From assembly GCA_964187785.1 (NCBI GenBank), contig OZ076409.1, positions 47,184,001-47,248,000 on the forward strand: a DNA stretch of 64,000 bases, written 5' to 3'. The translations under genes and the position numbers were made by a program. Every line of letters begins with the position of its first letter. The stretch's first letter is position 1. The notes under the pieces were generated by a model that saw only the letters and a list, made by a program, of their open reading frames with translations, was not told where the DNA came from and made no database searches. Source of the DNA: Amphiscolops sp. MND2022. Its lineage: Eukaryota. Of the stretch, positions 52,463 to 64,000 are shown one piece after another.

Positions 52463-52551
52463 GATCGACCTGCAGATTTGAGAGCCTGATCGACCTGCAG
52501 AAATGAGAGCTCGATCGACCTGCAGAAATGAGAGCTCGATCCACCTGCAGA
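52463..52551 (+). repeat. ~25-bp tandem repeat (gatcgacctgcagaaatgagagctc, about 4 units)
   Basis: Directly follows the stop codon of the spliced RING gene. Confidence 0.85.
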
Positions 52552-54601
52552 AGACCCTATAAAACTTTTTCAAATGAACAAATTTTATTTATTTTTCAAT
52601 TGTATATATTTTGTTATTGTATAAAAAAAAAGTTTTACTTTCATTCTTTGTAATATTTCCCAGAACATATGGAAAGAAAAAAGACTTGCATTTTGAATTC
52701 TGACTGAAACTAAATATAAACTGATATACAATTTCTACAGCAATAAAAAATGCAAAATTTTTTCTCAACGGGGAGGCGGAGTTTCTTAACAGGGGGGGTC
52801 GTTAAAAACATGGCTAAAAACATGCGGGCAAACATGGGTGAAAACCTAGAAAGGGGACCTTTTGGTACTTTTAAGGGTACAATTCTGAACGGGGGGCGTC
52901 TAATATCTTCGTTTGCATTTTCATTTTGATCGCTATTGCTAATTGTTTGAATTTTTTGCAGATTAATTGCAAGTTTGAATCAAAAACACTTGGAAAGGAT
53001 TGTTTCTATTTATATTTTCGGGGATTTAATAGCCATAGAGAGATGTCTTTGAGAGGGCAGTTATTTTGCCATGAACTACGTTTTTACATCCCTTCCACTA
53101 ATACCCCAAATCAAATGATGGTAAATTTATGTGACACTAGACTTGCATTTTTTTTAAATGTTATTTTCAATAAAACGAAATGCTGAGCATTTTCCATTCT
53201 GATGCTTGGAAAAGATTTGCTTGTCAAGATTCTAAAATGCCGCTTTGGTTTAAAATTTGTGGAAATTTTGAGTTATTTTGATAAATGAGAAATTTTTGAA
53301 TTTGAATATTCACACCAATTTTAAAAGTATGACCATTGCTCTCAAGTTATTTGTGAATCTACAATTTTCAATTTTATTATTTTAGACAATAGGGATACTT
53401 CAGAAACATAGAGAAACCAACTAATTAGGAGCAAACAAGTACTCAATTTCAATTTTCTACGTTAATCACAGCGCGTACAAAAATTGTGAATATTTCGTTC
53501 AGTCCCGGCATGGTTCGTAAACGGATTTCCAATTTCTTCGTTCGCCTTGCAGTTGTCTGAATAGCAAATAGCAAACACCTTCAAAGCAAACGCCAATTCG
53601 AATTTAAAATTATCTCCACTATTGAATTATCTACATTTTCTATGATGACCAAATAGCAAAAGCGAACACAATTCAGTGAACAAGTTTAAATCTCAGGTTT
53701 TGTGAAACTCATTTCAGTTAATTGAAACAAATTCACAATTCCGAAACGAATTTAGTTTTATAAAATATTGGTTTTCTGAAAAGAGTTTCACAGATCCTAA
53801 AAATTAACTTGTCCTTAAATGAAAAGTCCTTTGAAGATGAAATCAACTGTCATTTGTCAATGAATTTGTCATTAAATGAAATGTCATTTGAAAATGAAAT
53901 CCATTGTCATTCGTCAAGGAAACTGTCATAAAATGAATGTCATTAAATGAAAAGTCTTTAAATCTTGTCATTAAATTAAATTATAAATTGCCCTTATGTT
54001 ATTTGGTCTACATTTGCGTGAAACAGAATTTTTTCAATTCTTATCAGAATAACCAGTCAGAATTGCGTTTCTGAAATTTTATTTACTTGGTTATATTGAA
54101 TTTTATTCTGTTGATATTCTGTTCAACAGGTAAGAACGTTAAAATGGTAACTGTGATAAAGATGTTGCAATTGTTGAAAATTGTATTGTCGAAGATTTCC
54201 GGGGTGGGGAATAATCGGTAGGGGTAAGAGGGCGATAAACGTTACAGGAAAATTAATTTCAAGTAACTACTACTTGAATTTCAATATTTTAAGATACTTC
54301 GATCAATATATTACCAATATATCAAGATACGTCGACGAATTGAATACTACTACATTAGTGATATTAGCTAAAGCAACAAAACATATAATATATATAATTA
54401 AAGTAGTATTATCATTAAAATATAATCTAAGAAATAGTAATAATACTATTATATTATCTAAGAATAAAAAATATTTAATAATTTAATAATTATTATTTTT
54501 TAGGAAGAAATATTTATAAACATATACTATAAGTATAAAAAACGGATGTTCGATACAGAGTGCTCAACTAATTTTTTCACGAGGTTTCAGGAGTCAAGAG
54601 C

Positions 54602-54811
54602 ATGAGGGTCAAGCGAACGCCCCAGAAGAATTACAGTAGTTGTTTAATTTGCTTAGATGAATATAGATCAGTAGAATTACAGAGTTTGCATGAAAAACAT
54701 AGATTACATTTAGTATGTAGAGACTGTTTAGATACCCTTTTAGTTAGTTTTGTAAATGTACTTAAATGTCCTTTATGTAGATTACCTGTAGATAATGTTT
54801 TATATTCTTAG
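54602..54811 (+). CDS. 69-aa RING-finger micro-protein (paralog 2)
   Basis: CLIC...LHEKHRLHLVCRDC...CPLCRLPV; shares the upstream caactaattttttcacgaggtt.cag with paralog 1. Confidence 0.75.
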   Translation: MRVKRTPQKNYSSCLICLDEYRSVELQSLHEKHRLHLVCRDCLDTLLVSFVNVLKCPLCRLPVDNVLYS

Positions 54812-54863
54812 TTCTGTAAATTTTGTAGATTTTGTAAATTCATTGTACTAATTCGTTTACGGA

Positions 54864-55679
54864 CAGTGGTGTTAAAAGAAAAAAATTATCTCATTTTAAC
54901 GAAAATACTCATTGGCGAATGCGACAGCCAATCAAATGTGAGCAAAAATTTTTTGTGTTACAAGTTTTAAAAAAATTGAAATGAAATTGAAACATGTTAT
55001 AACAAACATATTATAAAAAAATTGTTATAACATGGGCCAATCAGATGCAAATACAAACGAAATGTTATCCAGTTAATGAGGGATGTTGCGATTTGTTCGG
55101 ACTTTTACCCTTCCCCATTTTTGCTGAATTTGCATTTTCATAATGAACAGAATTAATAACAGAATTGAACGGTGAGTGTGAATAAAAGAATTCAGCGTCA
55201 GGGGCTGTCAAAAATTAATTGGAGAAAAATCAAATGCATATAATTGCAATCATTTAATTGATTGCAGACTTCCAGCAATTGCAATTAATTTCCGCCAAAA
55301 TATGACACCTATGAACTGAGAAAGGTAGCTGTTCTTGAAAACAAACAAAAATTTTGGGACGAAGAACTTGTTTCAAAATGCTGTGCATAACAACGATTAA
55401 TTGCAATTAATTGCAACTAAAGGATTTATTTTTTCTAAAATTAAATTAATTGATTGCAATCTTTGATAATTGATTGTTTCCCAAAAATTAATTTTTGACA
55501 ACCCCTGTTGAGCGTCCCATTTTACATGTATCAGCAGTTTTCACAACAAATGTACATACAAATTTGCGTCTACCATTTTCACGGGCCTTGCCGTCTTCGA
55601 GATAACTGTGATTATTCATACGTTTATATTGTGAAAAATAATTGTAAAAGTTGGCAACTAATCGATTTTAACACCACTG
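54864..55679. mobile_element. MITE-like segment with TIR CAGTGGTGTTAAAA
   Basis: cagtggtgttaaaa ... ttttaacaccactg, with the same flanks as the 35162-35495 segment. Confidence 0.6.
55199..55507. mobile_element. Nested hAT-type MITE
   Basis: TIR caggggctgtcaaaaattaatt / aattaatttttgacaacccctg; TSD ttcagcgt / ttgagcgt. Confidence 0.82.
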
Positions 55680-58600
55680 TTTGAGACCCTTCAGAGGCCA
55701 CGTTCTCGGCGTGGGTCTTGTTATGGGCGACACTATGTGATCCCCTAACTGAGAGCCTCTTTAAAATCACAGAATACTGGGCTAGCGTGACTATATGTTG
55801 TGATTTCTGATCACAACATTAACAAAAGCCCGACATTTTTGAAAAGATGTTTTTGTTGAATTCAGTAGTAAAGCAGAAATCTAAACGATCCAGCTTAGAT
55901 GGCATGAACTTGCATTTCAGGTTCCCCTCCAACACCAGCTACTCTCTGGCTACTATTGATTCAATCTATTTTAATTGGTGATTGGAGAAACGTTAAAGCA
56001 TAATAAAAATGATAATATTAAACAAATACCGTACATGTATAACAGTAGTAAGGTAAGCGAACCATTCTCATCATACAGCGTTTCTTTTCTAAAATAGTTT
56101 CAATCTTCTACAAAATGGGGACAGGTGCTCAGATATCTAGAGATAGGCGACAACAGATACTTACTTGATGAATCTGGACTTCATGGAGCAAGTCTCTTAT
56201 TCTGCCCCGGTGGAGCATCAGAGTGTTTAACTTCGGTGATCTAACGAGCGCATGCTGTTGCTCTGAGCCATAGTCCCCTATTTACGATAAATTAACTTGA
56301 ATATATATATACGCAATACATGTAAATACTCCACGCCGCGTTCCATCAAACTTCGTTTGTTTTAGCTTAACCATACTGTTATAAACAAAAATACAGTATA
56401 TGGAATTTGTTTTTTTTTATGCTAAATGAATTCATTTTCATATTGTAAATGGTAAGTGGGACTAATTTTGTTGTGTTGAGAACTGAACTGATAAAGAAAC
56501 TCAATGTGATTGAGCCTGAAAAAAGGCTTTTATATCGAGCATGAAAAGCACGCCTTATTTTCACCTCAAACAAAATTTTTTGATGGCAAAGTTAAACTCT
56601 TTTTCGCAAAATAAAAATATTGGCACAGAGACGCAACATGTTTGATATCCCAAAGTGTTTGCAATCAATATCAATCACATTGCGTTTCTTTTACATCATA
56701 CTTCTAGTGAAACAATAGAAAAGAAATATCTATCACATTGCGTTTCTTTTAGATAATACGCCTAGTGAAACAATACAAATCCAATATCTATCACATTGCG
56801 TTTCTTTTAGATCATACTTCTAGTGAAACAATACACATCTAATCTCAATCATATTGCGTTTCTCTCTCTACATTAACTCAAACAATATCCCACCTTTTAT
56901 GTCCCACCAAATGCCCGTCCCACCAAGGCATAGTAGAAAAGGGTCTATGCTTCGCATTTTAGCAGCCGAGCATAACGTCACAACTTTTGCTCAAACAAAT
57001 TCGCACCTTCCCTGAACTGTCGCTTCAAGCGACCGAGCCATACTACAAGTTTGCTAACCTTCCAAATAAATCAAGTTCCATGCATATTAGCTGTAACAGC
57101 ACTAAAAGCTAATTTGATTTTCTGCTGTATTTGAATCCTGCTGTATTGGACCAAATTTTCATTTTCTGCTGCTCCCACACGACACGTTGTTAAACATTAC
57201 GTTGTATAACTAGTTAAAAACTGTAGTTAACCGGTATAACTGTAGTAAACGCAAAGTTTCACGTGAATGAGAACATTTTTGTCGGGCACAAATAACAGCT
57301 GAGATTACAAATCTAAACGAAAAGTTACTTTTGCCCAGTAAAATTAAGTTTTAAAGAGGCTCTCAGTTAGGGGATCACATAGTGTCGCCCATAACAAGAC
57401 CCACGCCGAGAAAGTTCTGGCCTCTAAAGGGTTTCAAAAATCTAAGTTTAAATATTCTAGTACAAAAATATGCTAAGTACACTTTTAAAAGTAGGAAATG
57501 CTAAAAGGAATAGATTTTAACCAAAATCAATTAATTGATGAATAGAAACTCACAAATTACTTATCCAATAATCAAAATACATCAATTAATTGCCAAAACA
57601 AGAGTGGATAAAGCGGTCAAAAATTTAAAAAAAAAATTAAAAATTTCAAAATAGATGTGAACTACATGAAATTCTAAAGAGCTTTTTTTCTCTGATGTTT
57701 TTAAAAATCTTTGACCGATTTCGAGAACATCGAGCCTGAAATCGCCCGGGGGACGTTTTCCTAATCACGGTATTGTATTGTTCGCTTACGAGAAGCCAGC
57801 AATAAGCGCTCTGATTGGTTGAAAAAAGCAACGCGGAGTGATTTGAGGGAATAATAGCAATGAAATAGCAACGCGATGTGATTTCGAGTAATTCCAGTGA
57901 AATAGCAACGCGATGTGACTTCGGTCAACTCTAAGTGGAATAGCAACGCGATGTGATTTCGAGCAACTCCAAGTGGAATAGCAACGCGATGTGATTTCGA
58001 GTACAGTAGTGTTCTGAAGTATCGCAACTCCATTTCTTGAAATTGCGAGTTTCAAATCCAAATATCTTTGAGACTGTCACAAATACAAAAAACTGTCAGC
58101 TACAAAAGTTTCTTAGAATTTTATTTAGTTTACAAAATTGTTTGTTTGAAATTTCTGCGACGAAAATTACGAAAGTTAGAAATCGGAATTTTTGACAAAA
58201 TTTCATCAAATTTCCACATTTTCTTGGTTTTCACGAATTTGAAAAAATTTTTATAATTCTGTAAAAGAATTAAGGTAATAATAATGATAACGAGTCTACT
58301 TCAACTGGCCGACTGATCAACTGAACGAAAGCGCAACTGACCGACTGATTGAATGATGAAATTGAATTTGATTGGTTATTGGAAATACGAGACGGTTTCG
58401 GTAATTTCATCATCTTGTCGGAGAATTTGATTGGTTAATGGAAATACGAGACGGTTTCGGAAATTTCATCATCTTGTCGGAAAATAAACAACGTTCGAAA
58501 AACGCGTCGAAAAATTCCATATCAGCGATTATTTTCAGATTGTTATTTGAAGTGGTTAGCATATTTGTTGTATGGCTCGGTCGCTTCGCTCCCTTCGCCA

Positions 58601-59287
58601 AGTAGCAACATTGAGGCATGGCCGTATGGCACGTCGCTCCGCTTCGCTTCGCTCCTGCATTTAGGGCACTAGGAGTATGTGAACATATCTGACTACGTTA
58701 TCGTAATTTTCTATTCACGCATTCGGCTAGTTGCACATTCTTCCAATTGAACAGTCGGCCAGTTGCACGGTACCCAATGATAACGTTCCAACTAACATAA
58801 TTTAGTTCGTTGTGATGGGAATTGAACTGATAAAGAAACGCAATGTGATTGAGCATGAAAATTGCATTCATCATTCACAACCTACAGCTAGCTTGTTGCA
58901 TAGACTGGAGTTCATTGAACGACGGACGGAAAAGAAACGCAATGTGATTGAGCATGCTTTTGTGATTAGCGTACATGTAACGAGGAACGTTCTACAGTAG
59001 CCTTCTAACATATCGCAACTCAATTGTGCAAAAATGCAAGTTTCAAATCAAACTATCTTAAAAACTATCAGAAATACGAAAAATTGTCAGTTAAGAAAGT
59101 TTCTAAGAAATTTATCTAGTTTACAAAAATGTCAATTTGAAATTTCTGTGACAAAAAATACATTAGTTAGAAATATCAATTTTGACAAAATTTAATCAAA
59201 TTTGTATTTTTTTTTCTGGATTTCCATAAAGTTGAAAGAATTATTTGAAAAACTCAGTCAATCATTTGCCCCCAAACCTCCTGAGGA

Positions 59288-59721
59288 CAGGGGTTGGCAA
59301 TAAATAATTATTGAAAAAAAATTGTCAATAAATAAATAAGAATTATTTATTTCGAGATCGAAGAAATAAAAATAAATTATTTTCCTTGGTAAATAAATTT
59401 TACAGTAAACTGAAACGTATTGTTGCGGGATAATTGAATTGTTAGTAGAATTTGAGTGGACGCCGAGAGCTGTGATTTGCTAACCGAGCAGTATTCACAA
59501 ATTATAGAAAGGAGACATCTCCAATCAAACCTAGAGGCGCAGATATTCCTCCAGTTCAATAAAGAATACATATTGGAATGTCAGGACTGTAGCAGATTTG
59601 ATTGAGTTTTTTTATTGATTTTATTTTAAATAAGTTCAATAATTTATTTTTTCCCAAGCACAATAAAAATTATTTATTGCTAGGCTTGTATTGTATTGCA
59701 ATACATTATTACCAACCCCTG
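59288..59721. mobile_element. hAT-type MITE
   Basis: TIR caggggttggcaataa / ttattaccaacccctg; perfect TSD cctgagga. An uninterrupted version of the host repeat is present at ~15770-15800. Confidence 0.9.
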
Positions 59722-60746
59722 CCTGAGGATGCTGATATAAGTTTATCGGAACACTTTTTTGATTTCAAAGAAAAATCATCAATTTTCTAAATACAATTCT
59801 TATAACCAATCTTAATACAGGTCCCACCTTTTATGTCCCACTTAATGCCCGTCCCACCAAGGCCTAGTAAAAAAGGGGGTCTATGTCCCACCAACTCTGG
59901 TTTGGTACACGTAGTTCAGTGCTCATAGACACAAAATATAGTGTATTTTTTTCGAACAAATTTCTCAATCAAAACAATTCAGTAGGTTCGGGAGATTAAA
60001 GAAAGTCTCCGAATCAAATAAAAGAATATGTTAAAAAAATCAATTCTAAGCTACTCAATTTTCGAAAAACTCCAATTTTAACTAAAATTTTCTAAATATT
60101 GCAATTTTCAACTTTTTTGGTAACGGTTGTAGAATTTTCAAACAAACATTTTTGTAAACTAGATAAAGTTTTCAGAAACTTTCCTAGCTGGCAAAAGTTT
60201 GTATTTGTGACAGTTTGAGAAATTTGGTTTTGAATTTTGCCATTTTATACTATGAGGTTGCGATATTAACAGAGAACGCTACTGTACAGTATATCTAAAT
60301 CTTAATATCTTGAAAACTGTCACAAATTCAAAAAACTGTCAGCTGAGAAAGTTTGAGAATTTAATCTAGTATAAAATACTTGCCAAAATTGCATTTGTTT
60401 TTTTAAGTTACAGAAAATTAAATGCATTCAGTTTGGTTTCGTAAGCGTTGGTGGGACATGTACACTTTTTTGCATGCCCTTGTTGGGACAGGCATTAGGT
60501 GGGACATCGCAAGATGGATGAGTTTTAAACTGAAAAAATTTATAACGAGTTCAATTTAGCAAAAATGAAATTCATTTTACTAAACATAAATAGGAACCGG
60601 AAAATAGTTGATTTTTTGGGGGGCAAAATAGTTGATAAAATAGTTGGTAAAAAAACGGAATTGGTAAAAAAAAATTGAATTTGTCATGTCTTACAAATGG
60701 AAAACTCTACAAACTACAGAAAGTTTTAGTTGGCAAAATCCACCAC

Positions 60747-61203
60747 CAGGTATTGGTAAAGATTAATTGCATTGCAAATAATTGCATTCATCTCTCACAA
60801 TTGATTGATTGTCAGCCGTCGATAAAACCAATTCATCGATTGCAAAACATGCAATTAACTGCAATTATAGACTATACTTTTCGTTTCAATTCACTTTATA
60901 TTTTGCCTACATCGAATCTAGCCGTTTTTTTCAGCATGGCGGGATTTGTCTGATAAGATTTGTGTCAGAGAATAATCCCACGTAAACTGGAATCTCAATT
61001 ATTTCTCAAAGTGAACTTTCATTTGTGGAGTTAATACACTTGTGGAGACAGCTATCTTTTAAAAAGTTAAACTTTGTCTAGCTGCTTTTTTGTTTGAATT
61101 TTGCAATTAATTTCAGTGATTGATTGCAAAAACGACCAATTGAAATTAATTGTTTCCAAAAAACAGCTACCATATAATTTCAATTAACTTTTACCAACCC
61201 CTG
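60747..61203. mobile_element. hAT-type MITE
   Basis: Ends caggtattggtaaa / tttaccaacccctg; flanks tccaccac / tcaaccac. Confidence 0.72.
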
Positions 61204-63042
61204 TCAACCACTATTTGGTTAAGTAAAATTTAAGGTGGTTTCCCAAAAGACATAAATGCAAATAACAAAAATAAATTTATTCCCAGAGAACATAAAAGTA
61301 CATTGAATTCCCATTTAACATGAAAATTAAATATTATTATAACGTAGTCAGATATGTTCACATACCCCTAGTGCCATTTAAAACAATGCTGTGGAAATGT
61401 GAATGATTTTAATCAAAAAACCAACTAACCAACATGAAACGAGTTAGGTCACCAATAAGTTAGGCTTTGTATAACATAGTAAAACAGAACTAAAGGAAAA
61501 AGATAGAAGTAGTTCCAGGAATCCTCGAAACTCTTCACGGTAATCTGTAAGCTAAGATTGAAACCGACAAAAGTTTTGAGATAATTGGTCTTGGAAAGAC
61601 AAGAAAATCAGAGGAATTAGGCGGGGGGAAATAAGTTCATCAAAACTGAATTTTAACTCAAATCAATGTTGCTACTTGGCGAAGGGAGCGTATGCAAACC
61701 TTTTCAAATAAATCAAGTTCCAACATATTGGCTGTAACAGCACTAAAAGCTAGTATTTTGAATACTGCTGTATGGGTCCAAGTTTTCATTTTCTGCTGTA
61801 TGAATAGGCACCTTACAATACCTTCACAGTACATGTATTCAGAGCAGCAACGTTCTACTTAAAGGGCATTGACAATTCGGGCAAGGTGCGAATTTGCTGT
61901 AGGAAACGAAATGTGATGATTCATAAGAGATGAGCATGCTATTGTGCCTGCTGCTAGCAAGCAACTTCACAACTCTGAAAAAGAAGCACCGTGTAATGAG
62001 CATGTAAAGTTGATGAATTCCCAAATAACATTTGAACTTATGTTCGTTTACGAAACCAGAGTTGGTGGGACATTTATAATATAAATAATAAAATATAAAT
62101 GCAATAATCTTTGGACGAATCATTCTTTGGCATGAAAATATAATGAAAATATAATTGCACTCAGACTTTGTATTATTTCGTTTCAAAGTTCTACCCATTC
62201 ATTTGAAAAAGAATATTTGAATTGATCTCAATTGAACTCAATGATTGTAATCAAAATGACAAAACTCAACCTAAAGTAAACCGCTAAACTTTTGTGTGCA
62301 TGTTCTACCAATGCTCGTATTCAGAAACTTTGATTGTCAGAAAAAATGTCGGGCTGAAGTGAAAGTTATGATCAAAAATCACAACCTTGAAACACTGACA
62401 CCCATTATCATGTATTTTCAAAGAGGCTCTCAGTTAGGGGATCACACGGTGTCGCCCATAACAAGACCCACGCCGAGAACGTGGCCTCTAAGGGGTCTCA
62501 AAAATCTAAGTTTACAAATTCTAGTACAAAAATATGCTAACTGCCAGAGCTTCGGAAATTTTATTTGGGATCAAATATTTCAAACAAATTGAACCAAAAT
62601 CAATGAATTGATAAGAGAAACTTGCAAATTCTTCATCACTTTTTCGCAAGAGCTGAAGCATTAATTTCGGTAATAAGACTTTCATGCCAAGATAGTCTAT
62701 TCATCTTCGAAAATTTCACGGGTTCATTTGAAAATAACTCATCTAAAACCATCTAAGGCCTAATCCGCGGTAGTAAAGAAGTTTTTCATATAATTAGAGG
62801 TCTATGAAATCAAAATCAATATAATTAGGCATTTTTGTGTTTTCCGTTTTTTCATCATTATTTCTAGTGTGCGTCACATTTTATTGCTTCATTCCAGGCA
62901 AAAAATCACAATTAATTGTAAAAGTTTCAGTCAATTGATTGCCATTGACCTGTCTAAATCAATTAATTGCATCCTAATAATTACAGTTGAATAACTGCGA
63001 GTTAAAACTCGGAAGCCCTGCTAACTACACCTTTACAAAATT

Positions 63043-63261
63043 TTAATTGTACAAAATACAATTTACAGGTAATCTACAGTAAGGACATGTAACAACTGCA
63101 CTTGCGAAACTATCTAAATAATGTTTTATACAATCTCTACAGGCTAAATGTAGACTATGTTCTAGATGGAAGCTTTGAAGGTCTTCTACTCTAAAGTTTT
63201 CGAAGCAGATGAGGCAATCTTTTGTGCATTTTATAGCTTGAGGCTTCTTTTTCACCCTCAT
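63043..63261 (-). CDS. 72-aa RING-finger micro-protein (paralog 3)
   Basis: MRVKKKPQAIKCTKDCLIC...FHLEHSLHLACRDC...CPYCRLPVNCILYN*; an acceptor-like tttctag lies 11 nt upstream of the ATG. Confidence 0.75.
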   Translation of the reverse strand: MRVKKKPQAIKCTKDCLICFENFRVEDLQSFHLEHSLHLACRDCIKHYLDSFASAVVTCPYCRLPVNCILYN

Positions 63262-64000
63262 CGTTGTGACACCTAGAAACTCGAAACTAATAAACATGGT
63301 GCACGGACATACAAAGGATTTGCGACGGGGGTCCTTCATTTACAGGGTGAGGTGTCACGAAGCAGAATATTCACTAAGCCGAAAAATGAAATTTTGCGAA
63401 AGTGAATTGGTTTCCTCAAGCCTTCGAACAATAAACCTACAATAACTTAAATTATTTATTTTCTTGATTATTCCCTTGGCCATACATTAATGGGAAACAT
63501 ATGTGTTCCATACATTAATGGAAAATAAAATAAACCATTAATGGCCATTATTTAAACATTATTAACCGGTCAAAATTAAAGCATTGTGTGCAAAATACTT
63601 ACAAATTCGTACATCAAATGCGATTTACATTAATTAAACCACGTTCCATTAATTTTTGATAGTCCCTGCGAACCTTACACCCTTGGCTGGAATTAATTAA
63701 CTGAACATCACACCGCGTAGTTAATTCATATAATATTACCTGGAAATCACACCGCGTTGCTATTTCATTGAATATTACTCAAAATCACACCGCGTTGCTA
63801 TTTTATTGAATATTACTCAAAATCACACCGCGTTGCTATTTCATTGAATATTACAGTAGCGTTCTAAAATATCGCAACCTCATTGCATAAAATAGCAAAT
63901 TTCAAATCCAAATATCTCGTAAACTGTCACAAATACGAAAAACTGTCAGCTAGGAAAGTTTCTTAGAATTCTATCTAGTTTACAAAATTGTTTGTTTGAA

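Overview
AT-rich, repeat-dense eukaryotic DNA, probably from an invertebrate animal (inferred from the spliceosomal introns, the MITE landscape and the protein families). It is not prokaryotic and contains no CRISPR array. The main content is a pair of co-oriented, intron-containing minus-strand genes that the ORF track splits into fragments. (1) A 5-exon, ~1609-aa protein (10171->3266) joins an N-terminal SET methyltransferase domain, an 11-copy tandem-repeat linker, Zn-binding motifs, a tyrosine recombinase with all catalytic positions present, and a C-terminal Myb/SANT-like module. (2) Directly upstream lies a 4-exon, ~669-aa protein (18724->11126) with three C2HC zinc fingers and a KDM2/KDM7-type JmjC demethylase domain. 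All seven introns are GT-AG and phase-compatible. Together they suggest a Crypton-like YR mobile element carrying both a chromatin writer and an eraser. The rest of the window holds four small RING-finger genes (three C2H2C4-like paralogs and one GC-AG-spliced gene) plus a deleted copy, an orphan ORF with a PP1-docking-like motif, and a second orphan ORF. It also holds a ~9.7-kb TIR-bounded, mirror-symmetric segment inserted in a (TAC)n tract with a 172-bp GC-rich hairpin inside, a 730-bp foldback, several hAT-type MITEs with 8-bp TSDs, a 5S-rRNA-like repeat, tRNA-derived fragments, satellites, and a pervasive TGGTGGGAC motif. All calls come from manual reading; no searches were run.
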